A stretch of 24,000 nucleotides of DNA, from positions 3,606 to 27,605 of the forward strand of contig JAZPZL010000045.1 in assembly GCA_045544655.1 (NCBI GenBank), given 5' to 3'. Of the stretch, positions 12,599 through 20,922 are shown one piece after another. The notes beneath the pieces were generated by a model that made no database searches, was not told the origin of the DNA, and saw nothing but the letters and a program-made list of their open reading frames with translations. The number at the start of each line of letters is the position of its first letter. Position 1 is the stretch's first letter. The position numbers and the translations under genes were made by a program. This DNA comes from Eubacteriales bacterium. GTDB taxonomy: Bacteria > Bacillota > Clostridia > Oscillospirales > SIG627.

Positions 12599-14414
12599 TT
12601 CCTCGGGCTGTCAGGCGGTGATCGGAAAGCAATTCCCGTGCCTTGCCGTGGGGAATAAACGTTTCATTCAATGCCAGGGTGCGATGGCGCACGCCTTCCA
12701 GAAGCCCCTGCTTTTCCAGCAGGGAGATGAGATAGTGGGAAAAACCGCCGATTTCCATTCCTTCCTCTACGAAGAGGATCTTCTTGGCGTGGCGGAAAAA
12801 TTGAGGGAGCTTTTCTTCGTCAAAGCCCTTCAGAACGGAAAAGCGAATGACGGAAACGCTTTTTCCCTGCTCCGCGTAGCGCCTTGCTCCTTCCAGACAG
12901 GCGGAGGTCATACGACCGAAGCACACCACTATCATACCATCTTTTTCGCCGTTTTCATAGTCTTTTTGCTCAATTTCCTCGGTGAGAGGGAAATTTTCGG
13001 CGATCAAGGGGTCGGGAGTGCCTTTGGGATAGCGGATCACCGAGGGGGTACATTCCTCGGCAAAGCTCTTTTCCAGGGCGCGCCTCAGCTCGGATTCCGA
13101 AGCGGGGGCGTAGATCCTGATCCCCGGAACGGGAAGGAGAAAGGGCAGGTCGTAAAGCCCGTGATGGGTGGCGCCGTCCTCTCCCGTGATCCCCGCCCGA
13201 TCCAGACAGACCGTAACGGGAAGCTTCTGCAAAGCCGCGTCGTGGAGAAATTGATCCACCGACCGCTGGAAAAAGGTGGAGTAGACCGCAAAGCAGGGGC
13301 GCATCCCTGCCGCCGCAAGTCCTGCGGCAAAGGTCATGGCGTGTTCCTCGGCAATGCCCGTATCAAAGAGCCGCTGAGGGAATTTTTCACCGAAGGTCTC
13401 CAGTCCGACGCCGCTTTCCATGGCGCTGGTGATGCAGACGATGCGCTCGTCCTTTTCCCCAAGGTCTGCCACGGTATCGCCGAAGATGCGGGAAAAGCTT
13501 TTTCCTGCGCTTTTTTCTTCGTTTTTGGGACTGAGTCCGTGGAAGCGGGAGGGATCCTCCTCGGCAGGGGCGTAGCCCTTGCCCTTTTTGGTGACCAGAT
13601 GAATGATGGAGGGGCCGCTTCGCTTCTTTGCTTCCCGCAGAAGGGCCTCTACCTGCTGCAGGTCGTTGCCGTTGGCGGGGCCGAAGTAGTGCAGACCCAT
13701 TTCCTCAAAAAGGTTTCCCATAGGAAGGGTCTGGCGCTTGACCACCCGCTTGACCCGCTTGGCAAGCTCCTCCAGAGAATCGCCCACCAGGGGAAGGGAA
13801 TCCAGAATTTCTCCCAATTCCTCCTTGAAGCGGTAATAGCGGGGGGTGCGGAGACGATTCAGGCTGGTGCGGAGCCGTCCCTTGCTTTTACCGATGCTCA
13901 TACCGTTGTCGTTGAGGATGATGATGATCCGATCACGGGGGGAGATGTTGTTCAGTGCTTCAAATACCATTCCGCCGGAAAAGGAGCCGTCTCCGATGAC
14001 GGCAACGGCAAAGCTGTCCTCTCCCCGCAGGCGCGCCGCTTTGGCAAAGCCCAGGGCGGCGGAAAGTCCCGTGCCGCTGTGTCCCGTTCCGAAGGCATCG
14101 TACTCCGATTCCTCTCTGCGGGGGAAGCCGGAAATGCCATCCTTTTGCCGCAGGGTGGAGAAGGCTTCTCCTCTGCCCGTAAGGATCTTGTGGACGTAGC
14201 ACTGGTGACCCGTATCGTAAATCACCTTGTCACGGGGGAGATCCATCACCCGCACCAGGGCGGTGGAAATTTCCACGATGCCCAGATTGGATGCCAGATG
14301 CCCGCCGTTTTCCGTCACGTATTTGACCAAAAACGAGCGAAGGAATTCGCAGTATTTTTGTGCGCCCGCCGTACTCAGGGCGCGTACTCCCTCGGGAGTA
14401 TAGGGGGCTTTCAT
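12546..14414 (-). CDS. dxs: 1-deoxy-D-xylulose-5-phosphate synthase
   Basis: 622 aa. GGHLASNLGIVEISTAL, DTGHQCYVHKILTGR, the ThDP motif GDGSFSGGMVFEALNN, and a transketolase-like C-terminal half. The start overlaps the xseB stop (ATGA). Confidence 0.93.
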   Translation of the reverse strand: MKAPYTPEGVRALSTAGAQKYCEFLRSFLVKYVTENGGHLASNLGIVEISTALVRVMDLPRDKVIYDTGHQCYVHKILTGRGEAFSTLRQKDGISGFPRREESEYDAFGTGHSGTGLSAALGFAKAARLRGEDSFAVAVIGDGSFSGGMVFEALNNISPRDRIIIILNDNGMSIGKSKGRLRTSLNRLRTPRYYRFKEELGEILDSLPLVGDSLEELAKRVKRVVKRQTLPMGNLFEEMGLHYFGPANGNDLQQVEALLREAKKRSGPSIIHLVTKKGKGYAPAEEDPSRFHGLSPKNEEKSAGKSFSRIFGDTVADLGEKDERIVCITSAMESGVGLETFGEKFPQRLFDTGIAEEHAMTFAAGLAAAGMRPCFAVYSTFFQRSVDQFLHDAALQKLPVTVCLDRAGITGEDGATHHGLYDLPFLLPVPGIRIYAPASESELRRALEKSFAEECTPSVIRYPKGTPDPLIAENFPLTEEIEQKDYENGEKDGMIVVCFGRMTSACLEGARRYAEQGKSVSVIRFSVLKGFDEEKLPQFFRHAKKILFVEEGMEIGGFSHYLISLLEKQGLLEGVRHRTLALNETFIPHGKARELLSDHRLTARGIEKELYELEQTGSISLS

Positions 14415-14650
14415 CTGGTGCCGCCCTGGAAGGGGCCCTCGGTGGGAGTGCCGTCACTTCCGGTGGTGAGCTGGGTCACCTTCTGCTGTGCCGCATCCAG
14501 CTTATCGGTGCAAAGGCGCACCAGCTTTGCCCCTTCCTCAAAGAGGGCGAGAGAGGTATCCAGGGGAGTTTCCACGTTGTCCAGAGCGCGGACGATCTCC
14601 TCCAGTCGCTTCAGCATTTCTTCAAAGCTCTGATTTTTCATTTCTTCCAT
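14411..14650 (-). CDS. xseB: Exodeoxyribonuclease VII small subunit
   Basis: 79 aa. SFEEMLKRLEEIVRALDN ... TPLDTSLALFEEGAKLVRLCTDKLDAAQQKV is the typical XseB helical hairpin. It overlaps xseA by 13 nt. Confidence 0.88.
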   Translation of the reverse strand: MEEMKNQSFEEMLKRLEEIVRALDNVETPLDTSLALFEEGAKLVRLCTDKLDAAQQKVTQLTTGSDGTPTEGPFQGGTR

Positions 14651-15855
14651 GATTCTACCTCCAGAATTTCGGCTTTTGCCGTACCGTCGGACAGGCGAAC
14701 GCGAACGCGGTCTCCTGCCTTGATCTGCTCGTTTTTATAAATACTTCCGCCCTTTTCGTCGAACAGGGCGCTGTAGCCGCGGCTCATGACTGCCAGGGGA
14801 CTCAGGGCGTCCAGACTTGCCGCGTCCTGAAGCAGTCTGCTCTTTTTTCGCTCCATCAGGCTCTTCATCAGATTTTCCATTTCCCTATCCAGATTCAGCA
14901 CCGCCATACGCCGATCGTCGATGAGGCGCATCTGGCTTTGCATCTGGGGGCAGGATGCCAGGGCATCCAGGCTTCTGCGGAGATTTTTAATGCGGTTTTC
15001 CGTCACCAGACTCATTCGGTCGATGACGTTGTGTAATTTCCGCTTCACCTCTCCCGCCTCGGGCATTGCCAATTCCGCCGCCGCGGAGGGAGTGGGGGCG
15101 CGCAGGTCTGCCACGAAGTCGGAAATGGAAAAGTCCGTTTCGTGACCGACTGCGGAAATCACGGGAACGCGGGAGGCGAAAATGGCGCGGGCAAGAGCCT
15201 CGTCGTTAAACGCCCAAAGGTCCTCCAGACTGCCGCCGCCCCGACCGAGGATGATCACGTCCACGGGGCAGGTGCTGTTGAATACCTCCAGTCCGCGGAT
15301 CAGCTGGGCAGGCGCGCCGTCTCCCTGCACCAGGGAGGGGTACAGCACCAGCTCCGCCAGGGGGAAGCGTCTTCCTGATACGTTGATCATATCCCGGATG
15401 GCGGCACCCGTTGCGGCGGTAATGATACCGATGCGGCGGGGATATTTGGGAAGAGGCTTTTTGTATCGGGGGTCGAAAAGACCCTCCGCCTCCAGCTTTT
15501 TCTTCAATTGCTCAAAGGCGATGTAGAGCGCGCCAACCCCGTCCGGCTCCATATCGGAAATATAAAGCTGAACCGAGCCGTCCTTGACGTAAGAGGAAAC
15601 TCTGCCCTCGCAGATCACCTTCATTCCGTTTTCGGGAACGAAGCGGAGCTTTGAGGCGTTCATACGGAACATCACTGCGCGGATCACCCCGCCCTCGTCC
15701 TTCAGGGACAGGTAAAAGTGACCGGTCTTGTAGTGGTTGATAAAGTTGGAGATCTCACCCTTGACCAGAATGCGGCTCAGCTGCGGGTCGCCCTCCAGCT
15801 TGGATTTGATATATTCGTTTAATTGGGTGACGGTAATGGCTTGTCGGTTATCCAC
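14638..15855 (-). CDS. xseA: Exodeoxyribonuclease VII large subunit
   Basis: The ORF-track frame runs 14638-15945. I place the start at GTG 15855 (VDNRQAITVTQLNEYIKSKLE...), giving 405 aa. It is preceded by AAAGGAGA (15861-15868) and overlaps the upstream stop (GTGGATAA). OB-fold N-terminus and GVITSPTGAA-like motif (IGIITAATGAAIRD), then RGGGSLEDLW. Confidence 0.88.
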   Translation of the reverse strand: MDNRQAITVTQLNEYIKSKLEGDPQLSRILVKGEISNFINHYKTGHFYLSLKDEGGVIRAVMFRMNASKLRFVPENGMKVICEGRVSSYVKDGSVQLYISDMEPDGVGALYIAFEQLKKKLEAEGLFDPRYKKPLPKYPRRIGIITAATGAAIRDMINVSGRRFPLAELVLYPSLVQGDGAPAQLIRGLEVFNSTCPVDVIILGRGGGSLEDLWAFNDEALARAIFASRVPVISAVGHETDFSISDFVADLRAPTPSAAAELAMPEAGEVKRKLHNVIDRMSLVTENRIKNLRRSLDALASCPQMQSQMRLIDDRRMAVLNLDREMENLMKSLMERKKSRLLQDAASLDALSPLAVMSRGYSALFDEKGGSIYKNEQIKAGDRVRVRLSDGTAKAEILEVESWKK

Positions 15856-16795
15856 GGTCGTCTCCTTTCCTGCAAAGCAGTGCTGTGCCGATGGCATTAT
15901 CGGCGGTATAGGCGGGGGGTGCAAAATAGTGATTTTCCCCGGCAAGTGCTTCCTTCAGCAGATGGGAGCTTGTAACGCCGCCCGAAAAAAGCACTGCGCC
16001 CTTCTCCGTGCCGAATTCCAGCAGGGCACGGATCGCCGCCTCCACCACGTCAAAGACGAAGCGGGCAAGGTCCTCGGGGGCTTCTCCCCGGGAGAGCATC
16101 CCGTCGAATTTGTTTTCAAAGCCGGAGAGGTTGATGCCTCCCTCTTTTTTGGGAATGGCGATCTTGTAGTGCTTGTCACTCTTCTCCGCCAGCTTTTCCA
16201 GCTCCCTTCCCGCAGGGAAGCCAAGCCCCAATTTCACCCCGCAACGGTCGATGAGCTGACCGCAGGTCAGATCCAGGGCTTCCGCCAGGATCTGGGCGGA
16301 GTAGCCGTCTCCTTGCCGGCGGATTCTGAGAAATTCCGTGGTGCCGCCGGAAAGGTGAAAGGCGTAAAACTCCTTGTCTTCAAAGCTTTTACCGTTTTCC
16401 GCCGCACCGAAGCGCGCCGCCTCGATATGACCCTCCTGATGGGAAAACAGCCGCAGGGGTACCCCTGCCAGGGCGGCGGCGGTCTTTGCCGCGTTCACGC
16501 CCGCCAGAAAGCAGGGCATATAGGAGCCCTCCACGGGACGGGGCTGATCGCTGACTCCTACCCCCAAAAGGGTGAAGGAGCCGTATTTTTCCCGCACCTG
16601 ACCCAGGACCTCCTCCACGATCTCCGAAAGATCCCGGGTATGACAAAACAAAGCGTCACTCTGCCGCATCCCCCTGGAGCCCCGGGGAACGGACAGAAGC
16701 CGCTTTGCGCAAAAAACTTCGCCGGCAACTGTTACCGCTGCCGCCGAAGTCGTATAATTGCTGGTATCGATTCCGAAATAAATACCGATACTCAT
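15848..16795 (-). CDS. Kae1/TsaD (Gcp, peptidase M22)-like ASKHA-fold protein
   Basis: I place the start at MSIGIYFGIDTSNYTTS (16795), 1 nt after the nusB stop. It shows GIDTS, an HQEGH metal-binding-type motif, HLSGGTTE and SGGVTSS. This resembles the Kae1/TsaD family, but it is shorter and sits in an unusual position, so it is not assigned as tsaD itself. Confidence 0.7.
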   Translation of the reverse strand: MSIGIYFGIDTSNYTTSAAAVTVAGEVFCAKRLLSVPRGSRGMRQSDALFCHTRDLSEIVEEVLGQVREKYGSFTLLGVGVSDQPRPVEGSYMPCFLAGVNAAKTAAALAGVPLRLFSHQEGHIEAARFGAAENGKSFEDKEFYAFHLSGGTTEFLRIRRQGDGYSAQILAEALDLTCGQLIDRCGVKLGLGFPAGRELEKLAEKSDKHYKIAIPKKEGGINLSGFENKFDGMLSRGEAPEDLARFVFDVVEAAIRALLEFGTEKGAVLFSGGVTSSHLLKEALAGENHYFAPPAYTADNAIGTALLCRKGDDRG

Positions 16796-16796
16796 A

Positions 16797-17198
16797 TCAG
16801 TCTGCCAAAGAGCCGAGGATTCCGTTGACAAATTTCTTTGCCCCGTCTTCACAAAAACGCTTGGTCAGCTCTACCGCTTCATTGATGGCGATCTTTACCG
16901 GTACGTCTTCGGCACATTCCATTTCGTACAGAGCAAGCTGAAGCACGGAAAGGGTTCCCTTGGAAAGGCGGTCAACCTTCCAGTTACGGGCGGCACCCTC
17001 GATCTTCTCCATTGCTTTGTCAGCATAGGCTCTCGCGCCGAAGAAGGTTCTCTTGATGTACTCGCTTTCCCCGGCTTCCTCCTCCATTTGCCCGATCATG
17101 ATCTCGAACACGGAGGAAGTCTCCTCCTCGGGATAAAACTGGGATGCGAAGAGCATCTGGTAAACGATCTCTCTTTCTTTTCTGCGGTTCAATGCCAT
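16797..17198 (-). CDS. nusB: Transcription antitermination factor NusB
   Basis: 133 aa. RRKEREIVYQMLFASQF ... NWKVDRLSKGTLSVLQLALYEM ... VPVKIAINEAVELTKRF. In the conserved position upstream of xseA. Confidence 0.9.
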   Translation of the reverse strand: MALNRRKEREIVYQMLFASQFYPEEETSSVFEIMIGQMEEEAGESEYIKRTFFGARAYADKAMEKIEGAARNWKVDRLSKGTLSVLQLALYEMECAEDVPVKIAINEAVELTKRFCEDGAKKFVNGILGSLAD

Positions 17199-17212
17199 AG
17201 GGCCTCCTTATT

Positions 17213-18331
17213 TCAGTAGGAGGTAACGCGGATCACGCCTCCTACGGATTGGATCTTTTCGATCTCGAACGCCGCATCACGCTCAGCAAGGAGGTAGGTG
17301 TAGCCGCCACGGGTGCCGCGGGCAATATTGCCCCCTGCAACCAGAGCTTCTACGTCGACCCCTTCCTTCATAATGATGCCGACACGGTTCTGCATGGATC
17401 TGCCCAGTTTGACTGCGGGCATATTCACGCTGTTTTTGATGTTGCCGTTTACCAGGTAATCGGCAAGCTGGTCACACGCCATTACGGCGCAATTGTCCTC
17501 CGCCTCGGGAGTGGATGCACCCAGGTGGGGAGTAGCCACCACGCCCTTTTGACCTGCCAGAGCGCCGGTGGGGAAATCGGTATAATAAGCGGCGATCTTT
17601 CCGCTTTCAATGCCTGCCAGAATGTCTGCGTCTACGCCCAGATCTGCGCGGGCAAGGTTCAGAAGGCGAACGCCGTCACGCATTTTTGCAATGTTCGCAC
17701 CGCCCAGAATTCCCTTGGTAGAGGGCAGGGAGGGTACGTGTACGGTAATATAGTCGGACTCCTTGAAGATGCGGTCCAGATCGTCAACCTTTTCAACGGC
17801 GGGATCCAGCACCCAAGCGGCGTCAACGGAAGCGTAAGGGTCGTAGCCCAATACGCGCATGCCCAGAGCCAAAGCCGCGTTGGCAACGCCGCCGCCGATG
17901 GCGCCCAGACCGATGACACCCAGAGTCTTTCCCATAATTTCAGGACCTACGAAGCGGCTCTTTTCCTTTTCCACCAGCTTCAGAGCGTCGGGATTGCCGG
18001 AAAGAGTCTTTGCCCATTCCATGGCGTCGGGAACCAGACGGGAGGTGAGAAGAAGGGCGGCAACTGCCAGCTCCTTTACCGCGTTGGCGTTGGCACCGGG
18101 GGTATTGAATACCACGATGCCCTCCTCGGCGCATTTTTCGGTGGGAATGTTGTTCACGCCTGCGCCTGCACGGGCAATGGCGCGCAGAGATGGGGGGAAG
18201 GAAGCCTCGTGAAGATCCGCAGAGCGGACCAGAATGCCGTTTTCCTCGGTGATCTCTTCTCCCACCGTAAAGGTATCGGGAAGTCTTTTCAAACCGCAAT
18301 TCGCGATTTTATTATACAACTTAATTTTCAT
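17213..18331 (-). CDS. serA: D-3-phosphoglycerate dehydrogenase (2-hydroxyacid dehydrogenase family)
   Basis: 372 aa. NAD-binding GVIGLGAIGGGVANAALALGMRVLGYDP. Catalytic-domain motifs (RAGAGVNNIP, VATPHLGAST). Adjacent to serC. Confidence 0.85.
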   Translation of the reverse strand: MKIKLYNKIANCGLKRLPDTFTVGEEITEENGILVRSADLHEASFPPSLRAIARAGAGVNNIPTEKCAEEGIVVFNTPGANANAVKELAVAALLLTSRLVPDAMEWAKTLSGNPDALKLVEKEKSRFVGPEIMGKTLGVIGLGAIGGGVANAALALGMRVLGYDPYASVDAAWVLDPAVEKVDDLDRIFKESDYITVHVPSLPSTKGILGGANIAKMRDGVRLLNLARADLGVDADILAGIESGKIAAYYTDFPTGALAGQKGVVATPHLGASTPEAEDNCAVMACDQLADYLVNGNIKNSVNMPAVKLGRSMQNRVGIIMKEGVDVEALVAGGNIARGTRGGYTYLLAERDAAFEIEKIQSVGGVIRVTSY

Positions 18332-18349
18332 TTTGTATACCCCTTTTTC

Positions 18350-19435
18350 TTAAATTTCTCCGCCTTTTTCGTCAAATTCCTTGATGAAAGCGGCCAGCTT
18401 CTCCACACCCTCTACGGGCATGGCGTTGTAGATGGATGCGCGCATACCGCCAACCTTGCGGTGGCCTGCCAGAGAAACCATTCCCCGCTCTGCGGCTGCG
18501 GCAACGAATTTCTTGTCCATTTCGGGATCGTCGGTACGGAAGGTGACGTTCATCAGAGAACGGGAATCCTTTTGTGCGTGGAGGTGGAACATTTTGGTCT
18601 CCTCGATTGCCTTGTAAAGGATCTCCGCCTTTTTCTGATTGATCTCGTGCATCGCCTTCACACCGCCCAGAGACTCGACCCACTTGAATACCAGACCTGC
18701 AATGTAGATGGCGTAGCAGGGAGGTGTATTGTACATGGAACCGGCGTCTGCCATTACCTTGTAATCCAGCATGGAGGGAGTTTCGGGACGGGCATTTCCC
18801 AAAAGATCCTCGCGGATGATGACGATGGTGAGACCTGCGGGGCCTACGTTCTTCTGCGCGCCTGCGTAGATCATGGCGAAGTCGGAAACGTTGATGGGCT
18901 CGGACATAATGCAGCTGGACATATCGCAGACCAGGGGCGTTTCACCGTTGTCGGGCAGGGTGTTGAAGTGGGTGCCGTAGATGGTATTGTTGTAGCAAAC
19001 GTGGAGGTAGTCTGCATCGGGACGGATATCTGCCTCGTTGAAGGCGGGAATGCGGTCGAAATTGGTTGCCTCGGAGGTGGCGATCACCTTCACGTCACCG
19101 TATTTCTTGGCTTCCTTGAACGCCTTGCCGGAAAATTCACCGCTGACCACGTAGTCTGCCTTGCCGGTCTTCATCAGGTTCAGGGGAACTGCGGCAAACT
19201 GGGTGGAAGCACCGCCCTGCAAAAAAAGTACCTTATAGTTATCCGGTACGTTCATTACGCGGCGGAAGGTTGCCTCAGCCTCCTTGATAATGGCATCGTA
19301 CGCCTTGGAGCGGTGGCTCATTTCCATTACGCTCATACCGGTGCCTTGATAATCGGTCATCTCCTTTGCCGCCTGCTCCAGCACGGGCAGGGGAAGCATA
19401 GAAGGTCCTGCGGAATAGTTGTATACGCGACTCAT
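18350..19435 (-). CDS. serC: Phosphoserine aminotransferase
   Basis: 361 aa. N-terminus YNYSAGPSMLPLPVLEQAAKEM ... GMSVMEMSHRSK. Body includes FLQGGASTQF and the PLP-lysine region GAQKNVGPAG. AAAGGAGAA RBS. Confidence 0.92.
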   Translation of the reverse strand: MSRVYNYSAGPSMLPLPVLEQAAKEMTDYQGTGMSVMEMSHRSKAYDAIIKEAEATFRRVMNVPDNYKVLFLQGGASTQFAAVPLNLMKTGKADYVVSGEFSGKAFKEAKKYGDVKVIATSEATNFDRIPAFNEADIRPDADYLHVCYNNTIYGTHFNTLPDNGETPLVCDMSSCIMSEPINVSDFAMIYAGAQKNVGPAGLTIVIIREDLLGNARPETPSMLDYKVMADAGSMYNTPPCYAIYIAGLVFKWVESLGGVKAMHEINQKKAEILYKAIEETKMFHLHAQKDSRSLMNVTFRTDDPEMDKKFVAAAAERGMVSLAGHRKVGGMRASIYNAMPVEGVEKLAAFIKEFDEKGGEI

Positions 19436-19475
19436 AACGTTTTCTCCTTTATTCTATAAAAAACAAATTTGTATT

Positions 19476-19505
19476 ATTATACGCCCCCTTGTCGGCTTCT
19501 GTCAA
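19476..19505 (-). promoter_or_regulatory. Consensus sigma-A promoter of the serC...tyrS operon
   Basis: On the minus strand: TTGACA (19505-19500), 18 nt, TATAAT (19481-19476). The -10 lies about 40 nt upstream of the serC ATG. The -35 and spacer overlap a small inverted repeat, cccttg ... caaggg. Confidence 0.65.
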
Positions 19506-19528
19506 GGGCGAAAAACCTCTGTTTTTCC

Positions 19529-19576
19529 ACTATCGGTAGAATCTTATGAAAATAAATTGTGAACTCTACCGATAGT
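19529..19576. repeat. Perfect 12-bp inverted repeat ACTATCGGTAGA - 24 nt - TCTACCGATAGT
   Basis: Arms at 19529-19540 and 19565-19576 with an AT-rich 24-nt spacer. The proximal arm is 24 bp upstream of the serC -35 box. Confidence 0.85.
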
Positions 19577-19584
19577 AGAATTTA

Positions 19585-19810
19585 TAAAGAGGGAGAGGTG
19601 CGGGAGGCAGGTTGCCTCCCCTACGTCAAAACGGGACGTCGAAGGGGAGCGATGGGAGCGCCGCGGAGCGGGAGAAGCGACTTGAGCGAGTGGCAGCGGT
19701 CAGCAGATGCCGAGGAGCACAGTCGACGAAGGCAGATGGTGGGCACCGCAACAGGACTGCCGTCCCCTACGGTACACCCGTAATTTTGAGCGGACAAAGC
19801 GGGGCTCAAA
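19585..19810. other. Unassigned GC-rich, hairpin-dense non-coding block (candidate structured RNA; strand unknown)
   Basis: No credible ORF on either strand. Contains a perfect 8-bp hairpin gggaggca-ggt-tgcctccc (19602-19620). It overlaps an alternative nested helix, ctcccct-acgtc ... gacgt-cga-aggggag (19616-19649). There are five GAGCG motifs within 19648-19690, a helix gacg..gcag / ctgccgtc (19724-19764), and a 7-bp stem tttgagc / gctcaaa (19785-19810). It lies between the ddl terminator and the serC promoter. Confidence 0.2.
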
Positions 19811-19847
19811 GAGAAAAAGCGTTCCCCTTTTTTTCTTTTTCCTTGAT

Positions 19848-19904
19848 GGAAGTTTTTGCCAAGCTTTTTTCAAAAAGCGGCAAAAGTCCCCTGCAAAGAG
19901 TCCC
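19848..19904 (-). repeat. Interspersed intergenic repeat, reverse-oriented copy
   Basis: The reverse complement reads gggactctttgcaggggacttttgccgctttttgaaaaaagcttggcaaaaacttcc. It has the same head, CTTTTTGAAAAAAG core and AAAAACTT tail as the other copies. Confidence 0.65.
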
Positions 19905-19939
19905 TACAAAAGAACAAACCGTCTGCGGTGCAGACGGTT
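19905..19939 (-). terminator. Rho-independent terminator of ddl
   Basis: 9-bp stem aaccgtctg / cagacggtt (19917-19939) with a 5-nt loop. On the minus strand it is followed by UGUUCUUUUGU. It begins 8 nt after the ddl stop codon. Confidence 0.75.
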
Positions 19940-19947
19940 TGGGCTTA

Positions 19948-20874
19948 TTACTCCAATGCAAGATCCACCAGGGTCTCGCAAAGCTCGGGGAAGGCGATGC
20001 CTGCGGCGCGGGCGGCATCGGGGAAGAGACTGGTTTCGGTCATTCCCGGGGAGGTGTTGATCTCAATCACGAAGGGATCGCCCTTTTCATCCAGCATCAT
20101 ATCCACGCGGGCAAGACCGCGGCAACCGGTTTCCGCATAAGCCTTGGCGGCGATTGCCTTCACCTTTTTCTCCACCTCGGGAGAAATGCGGGCAGGAATG
20201 ATGTGGCGGCTTCCGCCGGGGGTGTACTTGGACTCATAATCGTAGAATTTGCCGCTGGAGGTGATCTCAATGGGAGGAAGCACCAGCAGCTTGTCATTGC
20301 CCATTACGGGTACGGTCAGCTCTGTGCCGGAGAGGAATTTTTCCGCCAGAACCTGATCCCCGTAGGTGAACAGCTCCTTGAGGATCTCTTCTGCGCCTTC
20401 CCGTTCCCGGAGGATGGCAACGCCGATGCTGCTGCCCTGACAGTTTGCTTTCAGCACCAGGGGCAGACCCAGCACCCGAATGGCGTTTCCAACTGCCTCT
20501 TTGGGGTCGGCATCGGGGGAAATACACAGAAATTGCGGGGTGGGGACACCGGAAAGGGTCAGCACCTTTTTGGTCATCATCTTATCCAGACAAAGGGCGC
20601 TTGCCAGAGTTCCGGGGCCGGTATAGGGGATCCCCATCCATTCCAGAAGCCCTTGCACCGTACCGTCCTCTCCGCCCTTGCCGTGGAGGGCAATGAAGGC
20701 GCAGTCGGGAGCAAATTCGGTGATTTGGTTCAGGGTTTTGCGGGTCAGATCCAGCTCCACCACGTTTTCAAAACGCTGACGAAGGGCTTGGGCAACGGCT
20801 TTTCCGCTTCTCAGGGAAACCTCCCGTTCGGTGCTTTCACCACCCATCAGCACAAGGATTTTTTCAGTTCTCAT
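19948..20874 (-). CDS. ddl: D-alanine--D-alanine ligase
   Basis: 308 aa. KILVLMGGESTEREVSLRSGKAV, FIALHGKGGEDGTVQGLLEWMGIPYTG, ATP-grasp body, and C-terminal EINTSPGMTETSLFP. Confidence 0.92.
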   Translation of the reverse strand: MRTEKILVLMGGESTEREVSLRSGKAVAQALRQRFENVVELDLTRKTLNQITEFAPDCAFIALHGKGGEDGTVQGLLEWMGIPYTGPGTLASALCLDKMMTKKVLTLSGVPTPQFLCISPDADPKEAVGNAIRVLGLPLVLKANCQGSSIGVAILREREGAEEILKELFTYGDQVLAEKFLSGTELTVPVMGNDKLLVLPPIEITSSGKFYDYESKYTPGGSRHIIPARISPEVEKKVKAIAAKAYAETGCRGLARVDMMLDEKGDPFVIEINTSPGMTETSLFPDAARAAGIAFPELCETLVDLALE

Positions 20875-20922
20875 AGCGTTCCTCGATTCGTTTTTTTCTA
20901 TTATATATATGCGTTGTTTGGA

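Noticed and set aside
19559-19809. Small ORFs in the ddl-serC spacer (74 aa on the plus strand, 62 aa on the minus strand)
   Set aside because: They are Arg/Gly/Ser-rich with no RBS, and they run through hairpin-forming sequence. They are more likely non-coding.
19585-19810. Partial resemblances to known RNAs: T-box core (GGTGGGCACCGC versus GGUGGNACCGCG), glycine riboswitch (GGGAGAG ... CGAAGGGGAGCGA ... CAACAGGAC), fluoride riboswitch (GGCAGAUGGUG ... CCUAC) and 4.5S/SRP RNA (AAGGCAGAUG)
   Set aside because: Each match covers only one short element and has indels. The remaining obligatory elements are missing: the SRP GGUCCGGAAGGAAGCAGC, the glycine CUCAGGCAAAAGGAC, T-box stem I with specifier, and fluoride P2. 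No plus-strand gene lies downstream to be regulated. The block is kept only as an unassigned structured region.
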